DNA of 64,000 nt from Phoronis australis. Its lineage: Eukaryota; Animalia; Phoronida. The DNA is taken from positions 268,506-332,505 of the forward strand of contig NMRA01000426.1 of the NCBI GenBank assembly GCA_002633005.1, read 5' to 3'. This document shows, in pieces, positions 50,806 to 64,000 of the stretch (position 1 is the stretch's first letter; each line of letters starts with the position of its first letter). The notes beneath the pieces were generated by a model. The model was not told where the DNA came from and ran no database searches. It saw only the letters and a list, made by a program, of their open reading frames with translations. The position numbers and the translations under genes are program-made.

Positions 50806-53800
50806 GAGCTCTGGTCAGAAGTCAAAAAGTTATTTTCCAAAATTTCAGATCACTTTATTGGTATCCGAAATTGTTTAGAGCTATTCATATGTACTGTATG
50901 TGCAATGATATCACTCACAAAGTATATACCTTGTACTGTTTATACACGATTGCATGGTTTCCTCCACCATCTTTAATATTCAGTAAATAAACCAGTCTCT
51001 GTGTGTTTCCCAAGTAAGTGGCCGGGAGAGTGAGTCGTGTTCAAACCATAACATGTCTAAAGATTTTGACTGGATTGTCAGAACTGTGCCATTTCCAACA
51101 TATTCAAGGTTGTCACAAAGTCACTTTTTCTTCCTAAGAACCACTTATGTTTAATTTTGGAGCGCATCGTAAGATGCCAAAATTTCAAGTGAACTTTACA
51201 TGGTCGACCTCGTTTTCACGAAAACAACCCCCCNCCCCCCCCCCTCCCCTCAGCTCTACTTAGTTAGCTTCGATACAAAAACATGAGTTTTTCCATCAGA
51301 TGATTCAATTCAAATAAGGCATTGTTACCATTACAATCACATGTCTACCATCACCCCGGCAACGATTGAGCAGCAAAGCCGAGATCTCAGGAATGAAAGC
51401 AAACTTCATGAATAATCTGAAAGTTACTGTGTGTCAACAACCCCGCACCATTGACACACTGATGGCATAAATGTATTACCAAGCGCTGTTTTTGCCATTT
51501 ACTAGTCAGCTTAAGAGAACTCTGTACTTTATTGTCCAGTCTCTATATAGTGTACACATTAGCTTGTTTACTCTAGCTAGTTGTTCGCGCCGATATTGCG
51601 TCCAACTCGAAAGCGTGGATTCGAACATTTAAAAAAATCCGCAGATAACGATCTTTTTCGCATCTCTTTCACTGGAAACATTCATTGACAGGGGTGTAGA
51701 GGGCTCCAGGTTTCATAGTGCAATTTTAATTTCCTTTTACCTGTTAATCACACCAACCAAAACTCCCATTGAAATTAGACAATAATTCCCGAGTACGCCT
51801 TGAAGGGACTTGAGCAAAGAACGTGAACCTTTGAACGAGAACAAACTTGCATCTTCATAAACACCCATTGAGTACAAAGAACACGATAATCTGAAAAAAT
51901 GAGAAAACATAGTTTAAATGTCATGAGCATCAATGGATCGCCAGTTGCGTCAATGTGACGTCAACTCCTTTTTAAAATCACATCAATAAATCGAGTGTTT
52001 AATGCTTACTCAAGAAAATTAATTACGTCATATTATTGTCTCGTTACGAATGGTATCTTAATTGCTTAGTAAGTGAAAGTGAAACAGCCTCGGCATGTCT
52101 TGCCGATGTTTTATTGTATGCTTCATTTGACACATTCAGTTACATTGATGAATAGGCGCACAATATGTTTAAATGCCATTATAGAAAAGGAACAGCCACG
52201 TAATACGGCTGTTTATCTGAACTTTTCGTCACGATCTGTTTAAAAGATGCAGTACACCAATCAAAGAACACAAAATAATTACGTTTATGAGAAGAACCTA
52301 GGCTACACATGATCATGCACAGGTTTCATTTTTATAAAGAGTTCATCAGCTGATGACTCGTTTCTTCAATGCATTGAAATGATTTTATTTTGAGCATTCA
52401 AAGATTATTGACATATTTGGGATTTTTCCTCAAAGTCACGTGCAGGGTCGTTTTTGTGACGTCATTCTGGTAAAGAATCGCACAAATACCATTTTTTATT
52501 TACAATACCAAATACTAATGCCTGATTGGCGAGCGTTTAACACCGTAATGTCGAGTAGTGCAAATTAATTTTACAAAAATTTACCTGTGCCACTGGAATG
52601 TTTCCTACTTAAGTACATTAAATTTCTGTTGACTTTTCAATATTATACTAAAATGTTGCACTAATTTATCATGGATTTCTGACGATGGGAAACTTTTCCT
52701 TGCGTTATAGTAATTAATTTTGAAGCATCTTTCAAAGATAAAATCAAAATTACCACGGGCATTGTTGTCAGCTGTCAACGTTTAATGGTGAAGATATACA
52801 CTCTACTTCAATTAATTCAAAATTCGAATTCGATTCAAGTGCTGGAAGGAAGACGACATCCGTCGGCGAACGTGAAGCATTGATTTTCTTCAGAGATGAA
52901 TTAGAAAAATCATTGAGACTGAAATAGCATTCATTACTGTTAATGGAGGCATTAGATGTCTCAGGGTGATGACGAGCTGCACGCACGCGTCGCACGTGAT
53001 TTAACTGTTCCGCCGTTATACTTCAGAATTTGAATATTCTTACTTTCGAACATCTTAAGTTGAAAATATCAGCACTTTGTAAAGAACTTGTTTTGCCTTC
53101 AACCACATGTTGGATAGCTCGAGCCTGCTTCATGAAAGTGACTTAAGATTTAAAATAGTTATTTGGTCTAACATTCTCACTTCATCATTGTTGAAAAAGG
53201 GTTTAGTTAAACTTATGATTACAAGCAAATGGCAGTCTACAAATAATTTATAGAAATTATTTCGGGAACTTGTAGTTACGTATATATTCTTAGCATTTTT
53301 GCCTATTTAAAATTTAAATATTTTTCTGAAGTAGTTGTGTGGAGCTTAACCAAATTTTTGTCTTAAATTAGTGTCAAAAACAGACCCCTGGTGTTAAACC
53401 GATGCCATAGATGTGTAATTCTGCGACTGTGTAAAGCTTACTTCATACTGTAATTTGCGATACAAACAGATATACGTCGGTTGAAACATGATAGAATTAA
53501 ACTAAGAAGACATGTTGAAAAGCACCAGGAAACTAGGACAATATGTTGGCCTCGGGAGACCTGACATTTACAGCAGATAGTCTAATTTAATGAATATTGA
53601 GACAACTAGAAAGTGTATATGATGCCTGATTTTCTTCACAAAGCAGAATGAAATGTTCAAGTCTATGAACGTAGTTAGTAACACGTGAAACATGCAAGCG
53701 TAATTACACGTGCCTGCTCAAGACAACGATCAGTCTTTTAATGCCACAGTTGAAGTTACTGCCAATGACGTACGTGTATTCTCAAGCAATAACACCATAA

Positions 53801-54604
53801 AATCATATTATTTGCCCAAGAATACGCGCCTTTCATTAGGCTTCCCAGAAATCAGCACCAGTTGCACGCAGGCGCCATCTTGGTTCCACATTTTCTGGAT
53901 ACCTGAAGATGGCTAAGTCAAAATATAAAACTGATCATCCATAACAAAACACAGGACACGTGAGTCAAAAACAGCTATGAAGTATTTTGATGTGCATTTT
54001 GATGCACCAAGACATAGCAGTCAGAGGAACAATGAACCACTAAGAGTAGCAAGATGACTCACAGTCCTGAGTTTGCTTTACATTAAGTTTGTGTTGTTAT
54101 TTTAGCAGGAACAAATTAACAACGCGTCACTGGTTTAGCAGCCGCTTTCTACAAATGCCAGAGAACTGGGCCTGGGGTTTAATCTTTGTTCTCAAAATCG
54201 AATTCGAAATTAACATTGGCATTTGCCGCTCAACTTTCGTGAGAACTCAAGTGTCCATCATTCTGTGCTCGAGTACAGTATGACTTATGCACATGAGTTC
54301 CTAATCCAAATTCTCACTTGATGCCTTCCACATTCGAACTTTTAGCCGTAATGCTGGAGTCACCAAGTTCAAAATGAGACTAGACAGATATTCAATTAAG
54401 CCATCATAAACTTAAACATAAAATAATCGTCATTTACTTTGAGTTCTCACAAAAGAAAAAAAGAAAAATGGCAGATTTTAACGCACTGTCACAGGACTGC
54501 TGTTCATAGACCCTAAACATTAGCCATGCACTTGCAGCGAGAACGTTTTCCTGATGGAAGGAAAGAAAACTGAGTTCTATTCCACAATTTTACTTTCCAA
54601 TCTC

Positions 54605-54722
54605 GCCGACCAGTCACTTCACTAGCCGCCGGTATGCCAGGCTTGCCGACCAGTCACTTCACTAGCCGCCGGTAGGCTAGGCTTGCCGACCAGTCACTTC
54701 ACTAGCCGCCGGTTGGCTAGGT
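54605..54722 (+). repeat. 40-bp tandem repeat x3
   Basis: GCCGACCAGTCACTTCACTAGCCGCCGGTA(T/G)GC(C/T)AGGCTT. Confidence 0.92.
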
Positions 54723-57700
54723 TATGCTAGTGAGGTCAAAGATAGCAGATCAAGTGACTGATCTCGTCAAAACCATAAACTGGTGCAACAAAAACGCCCT
54801 TGCTGCCGCCCAAAACACTTGAAAACATGCGTAACTTTAAAAGGCACAAGATGGAGTCTCACGTCAATAAATAAAATTAAGGAAGGCACAACGTTTTGCC
54901 TTTCAATGGCCATCGGAAACATCTGAGATGCCAAAAAGTGACCACAAAGTTGAAAGTTGTCATATTTCCATTCGATCACTTATTCACAATTGTCCTTCTT
55001 CCCGGCAGAGCTGAGAAAAGAAGTCAGATGCTCTTGTACTGTCCTCCAGATTCTAGAAATTATAGCTAAAATATATCACTATCAATGAACCAGATATTTT
55101 CCAAATTTCCATTTGTCTGAAATTATAACAAAAACGGCAAGGAAGTGCTTTAAAAATGACGCCTTCCAAATCCGAGTAAAAGAAACAGAAGCCAGTTGGG
55201 TGCACGTTTTTAGTCACAACAACTTCAAAAGACTGCTAAATACTATTTGGGGCAATCATTCTCTCATTAGCTCATACGATCTTCACCAAATCTCGGTCAA
55301 CCCAATTTTTTCAAACAGTAGCCCGAACTGCAGGTTTAGACGAAAATGTCTCGAGCACACACGCGCAACATTCTCCTTCCACTCGCGTGATTTTACGTCG
55401 TATTGCGAGATCTTGCTTTCTGAACTACTCCATCTTGGCGTTCTTTGCAAGTGTTCATCGTGCACGTGGCACATATTGTCTGCATGGACGTCATGAGAAT
55501 TTATGCATTGAAGAAAAACTGTCTAGTATTCAACAGGAACTACACAATCCTACCTAAGTCTTCTTTGTACAATCATTATTTTTGCTTTCATTCCACGTTC
55601 ATGGCAACTGGTGAAAACAACATCTTTACAAGCTCACTCTCCGTGTACTACGTTGACGTTACATGTAGTTCGTAATAAATGCGCTGCACTGATGCAAATC
55701 ATATCCTACTTATAATCCTATTATGTAGCCAGCCAGCTAGCTGTATGATGACTATCGTCAAAATATAGCTAGGTAGTTGAGCTCCGCTAGACTTCGAAAC
55801 TTCACACAGCCCGGGTAGTTCTGGTCGTCACCACGTCATGAAACTTATCTCAACATCATTAGAGCTAACGGCCGGCGGGGTGTATGCAAAATCTGTGAGG
55901 CAAGCCACACTCACCTTGCCTGTTAAGCCGTTTAAGAGAAAAACAACCCAGTAGCGAGCGTGACCAAATAAAAAAATCTTGTTGTCACATGGATGGCGCC
56001 ATTACAATATTGTATAGTTAATAAAAACATTACATATACTTTCAAAATTTTTCAAGCAGGGTGGTAGACTAGCCGAGCAGGGGCGGTGAAAATACATCAT
56101 AATGCCTTATAACAGTGGACCTGTGGAAGGTTTCAAAGCAATGCATCGACCTTTTTGCTGCAGTTTGTCACAATATTCAAACATAAAATTTTCACGTCCG
56201 TAACCATTTGTAACCATGCTGAGCTCACTGAAAAATAGTGGTCAGATAGTTGAAAATTCTCGCTTCGGATTTTTCTTTCGAAGTTTCAGTCACAGCATCA
56301 GACGTTTATTGTCGCCAGTCACAGAAAACATTCATATGCATTGGTTGGCGTTTAAAAACAACCTTATCAGGCTTTGTTTGAGTCGTTTTTTGTAAAAAAA
56401 TTCTCAACATGTTCAACGTGACGAGATAGCCAACCCCCGTTTTTATTGTTTAAGCCGGTGTTTGTACAATAAATTAAGAAAACGGCCCAGTCTTCTGCCA
56501 GTTAACAACCATATGACCATCAACACATTTTGATAGCGATATTCGTTGTTCTATTCCAATTTAGGTAGACATTTGCTTTGCAAATGGACTCAGCGTTCAG
56601 CACTTCGCCTATTAGATAAACTTGCCATATCGGTCAAGTTTTTTCACATGACTCTTGTCGAGACGACCAAACATAAAGACAGCAATATTGCAAATATTCA
56701 GCGCAGACAGAAACCGGAGTTGAAATAAAGCGGCAAAGGCAGAGTGAGTGAAGTGTAGACCCGTTTCATAGAGTTAAAACTACACTGTACCGGTCAGACT
56801 TTAGTTGAATGATGGTGAACGTTCAATTTGCGCGTGCTTTTCATCAGAAGTGTCCAAAGTATCATTGATCGTATTGTGAAAATATCGTAACACCCCGCAT
56901 ACAAGCAGTATTTATGGCTGGGTTACAAAGTGGCGCTGCAGATCGGTCCGAAATTCGACACTTTATTTAGGGGGCCTCCTCCTAGCAAGAGTTGGACAGT
57001 GTTATAATGTTTAAATATTGAATACTGACAACCCTCTGTGCCGTTATTGCACATGTCGAAGTGGTGAACTAGTAGTGACTGATCACGGCGGTGAAGGTGA
57101 CAACTTTAGACAAAACAAACAGAAAATCAGGGGTTCGTCTCAACCGTACGGCAAAAACCTTGTATCGATCATATTGCCGAGTTGTGCTTTAGTAACCTTA
57201 TTTATCATTAACAGTATATTCGTAATACCGAACTTGCATCATTGCAACCAAGGCTCCGCCTTCCATCATATTAAATGTCATTTTTCTTGCATAATTCTCT
57301 GCCTTTTGCAGCAATGAAAAGTATGTCGTCGTTTTGAAAACAGTACGCTCGTGTCACGTGCGCGTGCTATTTCTAGTTTTTTGCGACATCTCACGGGAGA
57401 TTATGGCAACTTCGCAGCACCGAAGTTTGTTCTGAAATTCGGTTTCCTGGTATTAAAATGCTAAAAACTTATAACGAAATGAAACCAGTTCCGAGAATGT
57501 GTTGTGACATGTACACAATCTCATGGAAGAAGAACAGTTGATTGAAGAATTGGGAAAAAAGGAACTGGCCAATAGGTGACACAATATTTTATGGCGCCGA
57601 AAGCCGACGCAAAAGATCGCACCACAATTTTTGCAGCAGTATAACGGTAGAACGCCAATTTTCCAACACCGGTAAATAATTTGGTTCACTCAAGGAAGAG

Positions 57701-60700
57701 TGTAGTTTTTGATTATTCTAATTTTGAGTCAGTTTTTAACTCACATTGGCGCAAAGCTGTATATTTAGCATACAGCTTTGCACCAAGTCTACCTATTATA
57801 CTGCCTACACGATTCTTGAATACTAAATTTACCATCAACATAACAAACAAACGATGTTTTATATATAGTTTTTTTAAATGAGAAAGTAACTACACCTATG
57901 AGGCGAGGCAGCTCATGTAACGTTCCAAATAAGGAAGTCATTTCAAACTATAACTAGAATGTATTTTTGCTTCATACGAAGCCGCCAGATCGCTGCAAGT
58001 CGGACCAGAGAACTATCCCCGCATCCGCTAGACGTCAGGACTGGTGTGTGATGTCCTGTAATAGTTCTGCCGTCGGTCTATTGGGTGAATTATGAAAGTG
58101 AACCGAGTTTCAGAACAGTTCAGTTTCAATATAGAGTTCAACTATCAGCATATAGTGTTTAAAATTAGGACAGAATTAAATATCAGCAAGTCCAACACTA
58201 AACTGATGGAATATAATGTTTTGACAGTCTCGATAAGGGCATAACGACATGAAAGATACGTTATCACCGTGTCTGATTAACAAGCCATCGCCGTCTTTAC
58301 CAGTTTCTAAAACGATTAGGTCTCTTCGTTCTTCGTGACTTCCATTCATGTAGCAAGCATCTGGCGTAGCTACAATGTCTGCTTGACCAACAGCGCTCCC
58401 ACTTTTTTCAATAATTATGAACCCAGCAAAGGAAATATCACGCGCACTAAATACTCAGTGTACCTGCAACACAAAGTACTGAATTTTTGGCTCCTTTTGC
58501 AAACCTTTTGACATATTTCGTACAATTCGTCTTGTTTTGACGGAGTTGTGTGGCAAATGGTCAAGGATAGTGAAAGAAAATTGAATAATGAGCCGAAAAT
58601 ATTTGGTTTTAAATTTCTTCAGTTCAACGCGAAGATAGCGAATACTTTTTCAAACTATTGTCCTGCATAGAACAACACATGTGACGTTATTTCGAACAGT
58701 TTCAGGTTTGTACAAAGCTTCAAAAGACGTCTGCATGATGTTCGTTTGATAATCAAACTTACCAGAAGATAACGATCTGTCATAAAATTGAGCTTAGCTG
58801 TTCGTTCTCAGAACATCACTTCTAATAATAACACGCCGTCATAACTCGACCTCGCCCATATAGATTACCTGTCCCTTCTGCACTTCGACTGAGAACCTAT
58901 CGACGAATGACTACAACAATCGATAGTGAACAATACAAGCACTACTATACTGTTTACTGGTGATATGATTACCTGATCTACACCTGAGTGCGCGTCCGCT
59001 CAAATTGCTTTTAAACAAATGGAAAAATTCAATCAATCAGTCGCGAATGAATGTGGTGATAAAACCATCTGCGCCAAAGCGCCGTATGCATCGCTTTATC
59101 ATTACTGCAGCGTTCTAATTGAAATGTAATGGAGTTATAAATAGGTAGAGTGAAGGAGCAGTATGATTTAAATCAAAATGCCCAACTTCTTGACTTAGCA
59201 TCTCTCTCCATAGCTGTGACGTTCATTCGTCTAATTACGCTTTTGTATCTGCACTACAACACGCAATTACAAACCTTTCACGTGAACTTTTGAAAATTAA
59301 GTCAGTCTATTCTTACTGAATACGTAAGGCTTCGTAATTTAATTTAGATTACTCAAATGCTAAAAATGACAACTCGAGAAATTACGGGATTCTGTCGGCG
59401 CAATTCTCATGAATATTAAGTGACAAGTCTTTCTTTTCCTTTTTAGATAACCACAACTTTCGATGCATCTTTTCTGAGACGAAGGCGAACTAACAAAAGA
59501 ACAAAATCATGAAATGTACAAGAATAAAAACAAAACATGTCATAACAAAAGAGCATGTCACATGGTTGAAGTGATACTAAACCTTGTTTTGGAGAGTTCA
59601 ACCAAATGTCAGTCTGTAACTTGCTAATGCACCATTGTTAACCACTTCAAGTTAGAGATTCAAATAAACAAATCGTAGTTGGTGTCTGTTAATAGGCCGA
59701 AGCCGGGTTTAGTGCCCTTTAATGAAAGCGCTGAGAGGAGCGACATTTAGAAAATCCGAACAAAATTTTAAAGGTGAGGTCGACGATGAGACAAAGAACA
59801 GCAGCAACCACAACCACGAGTTATGTTACATCAACGTAAAGTAAATGATAAACCATTAAAGGAGCACCCACGAACCAGTAAAGAAAATACAGTCATCATA
59901 TCTGAAAACCTCGAATAACTCGCGAACGGTTAAGTCTCAATGAAAAACCAATCACAAACACAGATAGCACGTAATGTGTGAGGATCACTGAGCTAGAGCT
60001 CGGCAAACAAATTGCCACGGCGGCGTCAGGGTGCAAACTTGCGTTTGACTTTTTTCAAAAGCAACAGTCCTCGAGCTTTTGACGAGAAAAAAACGTGAAC
60101 TCTAGCACAAATATGCCAACAAACTGCAGCTACAAATAAAACAATAAAAGAACAGTCATCTAAGTCGTAAATCTCGAATATCTCGATAACGGTACGTCGT
60201 AGTGAGAAACAGATTTCGCCATGCTGGTAGCGCTAAATGCGATCAATCCACAAATTTCAAGCAGATCCGTGAAGGGACGATGAAAATAAGACACAAAAAC
60301 TCAACTAATTAGAAAGCAGTCACAGGAAAATCTCGAATAACTCGAGAATGGTGAGTCTTAGAAAAAACAAATGCATATTTCTCACAGCCTGTGAAATGAT
60401 ATATTCACAGAAAAAATCAGAAAAATAGAAAAATGCATCCAAAGACAGCGTAGCTAATTGGCTTTGCATACGAGAAGAGTGAAAAATGAATGCCACAGAG
60501 CCATCTTGCTTTCGATTTTAACCATAGGCTTCGAGCCACTTACAACACAAATACTGTGTGTAAATTCTACGCTGATTCGAAATGTAGCTTGCAGCATCCG
60601 AACAAAAAATAAACAAAATTTTATGACAAAGCACCAGACTTGGACAAATATTTCATTGTAATATCGTATAGTTTTATAACTACTTGATCATATAATTATT

Positions 60701-60767
60701 TGAGCATATGTGAGAGGAGCCTCTGTTTCAACCTACCATCAAGTTTAAATAAAGTTTATCTTATCTA

Positions 60768-61178
<411 letters not shown>

Positions 61179-62779
61179 AATTTCATTTCTCCAAGTGACA
61201 ACACCAACATATTGTTTCTGTTGAATTTTCGTTGAGTCTAACATTTTTTTGTACCAATGATAGATATTGCTCTCTATGGCAAAGTTCTGTTTAATCCGTC
61301 TGCACATATCGTCTTGTAGGCGTTAGTCACCATAGCAACCACTGTGTTTTGTTGAAATAACGCTCTAAACTAACTGATCACGGAACTGACCTAATTAAAC
61401 TAGACTGAACATTGTTAATCACCAAAAGTCACACATTTTGGATGTTATCAAACTCAATGTGGATGGTTTACTAGGCGACATATTACGTGAAAGATAGCGT
61501 TGTTTGCATAATTCTTGGCGGATTTAAATATGACCAGTTGACGAAACAATAGCATGTCATGCCTACACTTCTTGCACAAGGGCATTCTTTACCTTGTCAC
61601 TCAATGTTCTTTCGTTTTGATGTTGCTGTGATACATACGTAAGTTTTTAAAAGTTTTCCATCTACATCAATAGTCATCCTTTATACAGGGCTGTATTTTC
61701 AGCAGACTTACAAAAGGTGGTCTTTTTTGAGCGAGCAAACGAGAAACATTCCAATAAAAGAAGTCATTTCCGGTATGAAATAGAACCATTTCCACTACTT
61801 TGTGAAAACTTTTAATTATCAGCATGATTGCTTAATAATAGGCCCCACATCGGATCAATTTCTTTACCACCGCTTTGAACAAAGGTAGTTGTGATCATGT
61901 TCATGCATGGCGTGTATCTGGAACATATAACATTCTATTGTCGGCTGACAACCCGTGACAGAAAATGAGAGACTGAAAACACGAAATTAAGAGATCTAAA
62001 AAGATCTTTAATTATTAGTTTGAATATTCTGAATACAACAAAAATCTTGGTTCACTTTAATAGGATACCAAACCCTAAAATAAAATAATGCTCTGTAACG
62101 CTTGACAGCCCTAAAAAATGTAGGGAAATTGAAAACTACTTTCAAAGTCTACTAAGCGGACATACGTAACCTTCGCGTTTAGCAAATTAATCGGCAACTG
62201 TGGGGAAAAGACCACCCACCAATCCGTGGCATAGGGAGTATGAGTTTTTAATTGATTCCTATTTTTATCTTTCAAGATTGACGCCAATGATACATTAGCA
62301 GGTGACTGAACGAGGATTGGTTGGAATCATCAAAACACGGTTTAGTATCCTTTTAAATGGGCGTTCTATCAGTCTACGTCATCCATTATTAGTCACTGCA
62401 TCAATGAGAAGTAGCGAGGAATCGAAATCTCTAACTTCGCAATAAAAGCAGAAGGCTTTATTGAGACTGAGCCAAATCCCTCGGGGTAAATAGCAAATAA
62501 TTTAAGTGAGAAAGATACTGACCTTGATTTCAGAGCAGACAGCAGCGAGAATTTGTAATAAAATCACAAAAACACGACGGATGTTTTAGTTTTACATCTC
62601 TGATCAAACCTAACAACTCCAGGGAGTTGATCCATCCAACGATAATCCCAAAAATGCGTTCCTCGGACGTAAAACCGATAACGGTCCTTTGAGTCTGAAT
62701 ACGTACAATCATTCACGGGAATATCAACTCTATGCTAGTTGCAACGTTTTCTCTTTTCTAAAAAACCGCAGCGTCTTGT

Positions 62780-62946
62780 TTGCAATAACGTGCGTACGAG
62801 TGTGTTAGCTACTTCTGGGCTTGCAATAACGTCGGTACGACTTTGTTAGCTACTACTGGGCTTGCAATAACGTGCGTACGACTGTGTTAGCTGCTACTGG
62901 GCTTGCGATAACGTGCGTACGACTGTGTTAGCTACTACTGGGCTTA
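62780..62946 (+). repeat. 41-bp tandem repeat x4
   Basis: TTGCAATAACGTGCGTACGACTGTGTTAGCTACTACTGGGC. Confidence 0.93.
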
Positions 62947-64000
62947 CGACCTAAGGTAAAAAGAGCTTCAGGGTCGGGCCGGTCCCGTTTTATCAAGGTC
63001 GTGCATTTCAGTAGGGTCTTAACTTAGGAGGTCATAACTTCGATTTTAATATGCATACGATTAATTTACGAGGCCCGTGAACGCGTCTGCCAAGCTTGAG
63101 TATAAAAAAATCCATTTAACATCAGCTACAACGTTTGCACTATCGTACCAATAGCCATCTTGGCTAGGATCAAGTGTACGACCCTTGAGAAAACGGATAT
63201 CCGACGCGCAAATTGTAAAGCAAAACTTACATGCATTTTTCTTTCTCCTTCTATCGGGGAATACCAACTACTTTCTCTGACAATTGCTACAAAGTTGGCC
63301 TATGTCATACGACGAAAATTCCAAAGTCCACAGACACAAAACGTCGTCCGACTAAGAACAGGTCTGGAAACGCTAAACATACTCAAATCTCGGAAGTTCT
63401 AAAATTAATCCATATCGAAAAATATCCACTCTCCATCTCATCTACGTCATAGTCACTAATCACTCGAGCTATAGCAAATTTCCTTTCTAACCTTCAAAGT
63501 ATCGCTATAGCGTTTACTTTCAAGACACTACGACTACACTTGGAACTCCCGATGATTCAGGTAATTTCCCGTTTTCGGGTTCAGATCAATCCGGGGGAAG
63601 TAAAGACTATTTAAAATCACTTCTTGTTGTTTGTGTATACAAAATCAATAGCTTCGACAACAGCTCTCTATCACTTTGTTCTTGGAAAGTCTGTATCTTA
63701 AACTTAGTATTAAGTATTAAGTAGAAACACTGGAAAATGCAATTAATAAAATGTTATTTTTAAGCAAGTCGCAATAGCAAATCCCAATTAAAACGCCTTC
63801 CATGCTTTTCCTGCGAGATGGCAGGGGAAACTGTTTAACAGTAAACAGGTTTTATTTTTTCATGTTCACATTGCACTGCAAGTTCAATTTGCATAAGTGC
63901 AGGGCCAAACTGGCAAAAGTTGAAAACGGGTCAAATCACAACCGATTTTTGAGTACTTCTACAAAAAAAATCTTTCACAATGAAAATAAATTTATGTTTC

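Noticed and set aside
51660-53140. Minus-strand coding exons (acceptor-like site near 51890; ORF 52768-52995)
   Set aside because: In-frame stops nearby, no recognisable domain, and partial overlap with a dispersed repeat.
62780-62946. Common origin with the 45-bp minisatellite (shared TACTACTGG..TGCA)
   Set aside because: Only about 13 bp are shared and the rest of the units differ.

Overview
Eukaryotic (metazoan, probably non-arthropod invertebrate given TTAGGG repeats) genomic DNA with spliceosomal introns, so most entries in the ORF track are exon fragments or spurious. Two + strand genes can be assembled by hand. (1) The 3' part of a receptor (membrane) guanylyl cyclase, NPR/GC-A-like: 8 exons, 336-14908, covering the kinase-homology domain, hinge and cyclase domain. 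(2) A complete 32-exon vitellogenin, 24235-43346, about 1744 aa, with signal peptide, 21-nt microexon 2, LLT/Vitellogenin_N domain, Ser-rich segment, vWD domain and two GC-AG introns. Introns and intergenic DNA hold a THAP-bearing Kolobok-like DNA transposon split by a nested Academ element, and a degenerate Ty3/Gypsy element with unusual architecture (gag and pol on opposite strands, three LTR-derived blocks, inverted ends and a 5-bp TSD). Also present are a LINE 3' end, a SINE head, MITEs, minisatellites (one apparently amplified from an exon/splice-donor junction), an interstitial telomeric tract and an assembly gap (8075-8530). No convincing gene was found in 50.8-64 kb.
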